A stretch of 64,000 nucleotides of DNA from Lophium mytilinum. Taxonomy: Eukaryota. The DNA lies in assembly GCA_010093605.1 (NCBI GenBank), contig MU004190.1, forward strand, positions 1,310,961 to 1,374,960. The letters run 5' to 3'. Shown piece after piece: positions 60,624-64,000 of the stretch. Within the stretch, counting starts at the first letter, position 1. Every line of letters starts with the position of its first letter. The translations under genes were made by a program, and so were the position numbers. Below the pieces are notes generated by a model, which did not search any database, was not told the DNA's origin, and was given only the letters and a program-made list of their open reading frames with translations.

Positions 60624-61591
60624 CTTGTCGGGCGTTGCCTGTCCACTTATTCTCCGGTGGACCTTGTATGGGAAAAGAAGCTAGTGGCAGCGTTCCTGTT
60701 TGTTCCCAAGCTTCAGAAAGTTGGTTAGCACTCAGAGGAAGTTCAGCGTCTCGCAGGCAAGCTCGGCGGGTGCTGCGGCCGGGATATATGCAGATAGTTT
60801 GCCAGCGAAGTAGCGGGGCGCTTTGTTGGCGGGGTGTAGGCGTATGGAATGAGGCTATAGAGAAGTGAGGGGCAGACAGAGCGGGATCAGCGAGAGGCGG
60901 CAGATGAGGCTGTTGGCGGGTGAAAGCGGATTTATGGGACGTTCTCTCGCGGCAATGAAGGTAGTAGAGGAAGGTTATGGAGGATGATGCTGGCAGCTGC
61001 AGAGTCACGCAAGCAGGAGGTCCCCGTGACGCCGAGCCGCCACTCTTCCAAGTCTGGGCCTGAGACCCCGCGATAGATCACGTGGAAACGTATTTGCGGA
61101 TAGATATGGGTTAGCATTGCTATAAACATGTACGATCGGAACAGAAAGCCGGCTGTTATCTGGCAAGTTTTGGTGTTGAGTTTTACCAATAGGGTGGCCT
61201 GCAGGGAGCTCAACTCCACCTTGGAACTTCTGCCATGAGGGGTGCAACACCACACGCAAATCCTAGTCTCCCCTTCTCCCCAAACATTCCAGCACTCCGC
61301 AAACGACGACCTCGGGGATGTCGAACAAAGAGGGGCGCGCGGAGTCTGGGCGCAGGCTGACTCCATTCTCCGACAAGCACCGGACCGAGGCCTGGCAAAG
61401 CTGAACAAAACACCCACGGATCCCGCCTTCGTTCTCTCCTCTGCGCTGCAGAAAACATCACGAACCTCACCCTTTAAAACAAGCCTCCGCACGTCCGCCA
61501 TGGCCCGGAATTTTGCTTCTCTCGCCTCCTCGACTTCACTGAAGAAGTCTCATCCACCCCCCATCGCCGCAAATACCCAACGCATATCGCC

Positions 61592-62684
61592 ATGTCGCGT
61601 GCCTTGACTCGTCTTGTCCCAACTTCCTCATTTCCGTGTCTGACGTCTCCGCCACGATGGAGGCCCTCGCTGCCGGTCGCAATATCGCACACCCTGCTGT
61701 CGCCAGTCGCCCAGACTAGACATAGCTCACACTCGCCGATGGGTGCTGCTCCAGCCCAAGTCCGCAAGTCCGTCACCATCAACACCCTGCAGTCGCTATA
61801 CCGCAAAAACGAGCCCATCACCATGATCACCGCTCACGACTTTCCAAGCGGCCACGTCGCCGACCACGCTGGCATGGACATGATACTCGTTGGCGACAGT
61901 CTCGCCATGGTTGCGCTGGGTATGGAGGACACGAGCGAAGTGCTGCTGGATGAAATGCTGCTTCATTGTCGCTCTGTCGCACGAGCTACCAAGTCGGCCT
62001 TCACCGTATGTTGCCCTTCCGTCACTTCTTCATCCAAGAGCAACCCTAACACCCTCTTAGGTCGGTGATCTACCTATGGGCTCCTACGAGGTCTCCCCCG
62101 AGCAAGCCCTCACCTCCGCTATTCGCGTCATAAAAGAAGGCCGAGTGAAGTCTGTCAAGTTAGAGGGCGGGGCGGAAATGGCTCCTACCATCGCCGCTAT
62201 CACTCGCGCCGGCATACCCGTCCTCGCCCACATAGGCCTCACCCCTCAACGCCAAAACGCCCTCGGTGGCTTCCGTGTACAAGGCAAATCAACCGCCTCG
62301 GCCCTTTCCCTCCTTCAAGATGCGCTCGCGGTACAAGCTGCCGGCGCATTCGCCGTAGTCCTCGAGGCAGTGCCGGCTGAGGTTGCTGCCATCGTCACCA
62401 GTGAGCTCAGCATCCCTACCATTGGCATCGGCGCTGGAAATGGCTGCTCCGGCCAGGTGCTCGTACAGGTCGACATGTCCGGGTACTTCCCACCAGGACG
62501 TTTCCTCCCCAAGTTCGTGAAACAGTATGGCAATGTGTGGGCAGAGAGCATGCAAGCTATTCAAACCTATGGCAAGGAGGTCAAGAGTCGGGAATATCCG
62601 GCGAAAGAGCATACATATCCTATGCCGAAGGCCGAATTGGCCGAGTTTGAAAAGATTATCTTGGAGAAGAGGGAGAAGGTTTGA
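61592..62684 (+). CDS. ECM31: 3-methyl-2-oxobutanoate (ketopantoate) hydroxymethyltransferase, PanB family, with mitochondrial-type presequence
   Basis: ITMITAHDF, ILVGDSLAMVALG, VGDLPMGSY, VKLEGG, AHIGLTPQ, PTIGIGAG, GQVLV; one intron. Confidence 0.95.
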
Positions 62685-62875
62685 AGATCTTGGGTTGCAA
62701 AAGGCAGCAGATTTAAAAAGGCGTAGAGGTTCTGGATACCCTGTTTTTGCATATTGAGCGGGCGGATGCCCTGATTGGTCATAGCATTTGCAATGCATTA
62801 GAGCACAAAATATACAGGAGATGGAATAAAAGTCTACATCTGGTTCGTAACCTGTGAGCGCTTTGTTGCATCGTG

Positions 62876-63040
62876 ATGACACTGTCTGAGGTGGCCTAGT
62901 GAGACGTCCCTGGCGCTATCTCTGCCTTCTGACCACCGCTCCAAATCGCACTGTGGCTGAATCTGTCTTGACCTAGAGTTTTTAAACCATGCTCACTTTT
63001 GCTCAATTCATGACACCGTCTGAGGTGGCCCAGCGAGGCA
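62876..63040 (+). repeat. Pair of ~30-bp direct repeats
   Basis: ATGACACTGTCTGAGGTGGCCTAGTGAG (62876) vs ATGACACCGTCTGAGGTGGCCCAGCGAG (63010). Confidence 0.7.
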
Positions 63041-63454
63041 ACCCTAACAACATCTATATCCTCGAACCACCACTCTGATTCACACCGCACCCGAATCTCG
63101 TTTTCCTCGACCTCCCACATCAGCTCCATACCCAGAACTTTGAATGACATCAGTTCAAGCCCCCTGGGCTCCCTCCCCTCCAAAAATCACACAACATAGT
63201 TACAAGTTATAACGAAATAAACCGTGGGAGCGATCAATCCCGCAATGAACGTGTGCAAGTAGCCACAAAATAAATCACCTTACGTGCACATAACGGCTCC
63301 TTTTTACGTCAAAGATTGCGAGAAAGAAGATCTTAATGTTGAAACAATGGATGAGAGCCTGTTCACCCACCCCTATGCAATGCCCATACCGCTAAATGCC
63401 CTTAGACTCATACCCCCCAAACGCCAAACCCACCCCGCCCTTCCCCAATCCCCC

Positions 63455-64000
63455 CTAACCAAACGCCGGCGTAATCGAATACCCAACCACCAACTCGTCA
63501 TTCGTCTTAAAACACTACTCCCACATTAGCCCCATCCTCCCCTACACCACTTCCTACTCGGCCGACTCACCCGCCACAAATTCCCCACACTCTCATCCGG
63601 CGCCGGCGCAAACACGCTATTCACATAGCAATGCAAGCCCTCATGAGGCTTCAATTTTAGTTTCGCCCGTAGTGACGAGATGATGACTTCGAAGTTGTTG
63701 GAGGACTTCATCCAGAAACGCCGCTGCTGCAGGGAGGGGGCGGAGCCGACGGGGACGACGCGGATGAGGACTGGGGGGTGTTAGGGGGAGCTTGACTGTG
63801 TGGCTGGTGCGGAGGGATGAAAGGGATTTATGGTGAGGATGTGTGAGGATGTTGGCGTAGGTGTAGCCGATTTATTTTCTTGTGGATAATGCCAATATGT
63901 GAAATGAAAGACACGAATGGAGATAGAGAAGAGAGAATGAGTTAATGAAGAAAAGCGAACGTACCTTTCGCAACCCCCAACTCGCCCGCCCCCTCCAACG
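63455..64000 (-). CDS. ATG12: Ubiquitin-like autophagy protein Atg12 (5' end outside window)
   Basis: VLIRVVPVGSAPSL, CYVNSVFAPAPDESVGNLWR|CFKTNDELVVGYSITPAFG* with C-terminal FG. Confidence 0.92.

Overview
This is an intron-rich filamentous ascomycete window (probably Dothideomycete-like; taxon inferred from gene style, not proven). The first ~4.3 kb is AT-rich repeat DNA degraded by RIP, including a recognisable minus-strand Ty3/Gypsy gag-pol and an assembly gap. The gene-rich remainder holds three paralogous F-box-like genes (one a pseudogene) around an FAH-family/VOC-dioxygenase pair, a hybrid histidine kinase, a PDR-type ABC transporter, PEP carboxykinase, TAPT1/EMP65, several small orphan ORFs, a glyoxalase-like gene, an SDR, two MITE-like inverted-repeat elements, a class III sirtuin, ICP55, an AGC/YANK kinase, a fungal TF-domain gene, an NmrA-like gene, UBC8, ECM31/panB and partial ATG12. 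The most striking observations are: (1) UBC8 appears to need a chain of micro-exons of 8, 3 and 1 nt, with one Met codon split A|T|G over three exons; (2) a non-canonical, partly tRNA(Sec)-like Pol III-type RNA with A box, B box and oligo-T terminator at ~31.4-31.5 kb; (3) an otherwise intact hybrid histidine kinase with a single in-frame TGA between its ATPase and receiver domains; (4) an in-frame tandem duplication of a first exon plus intron. All calls are from manual reading; no database searches were run.
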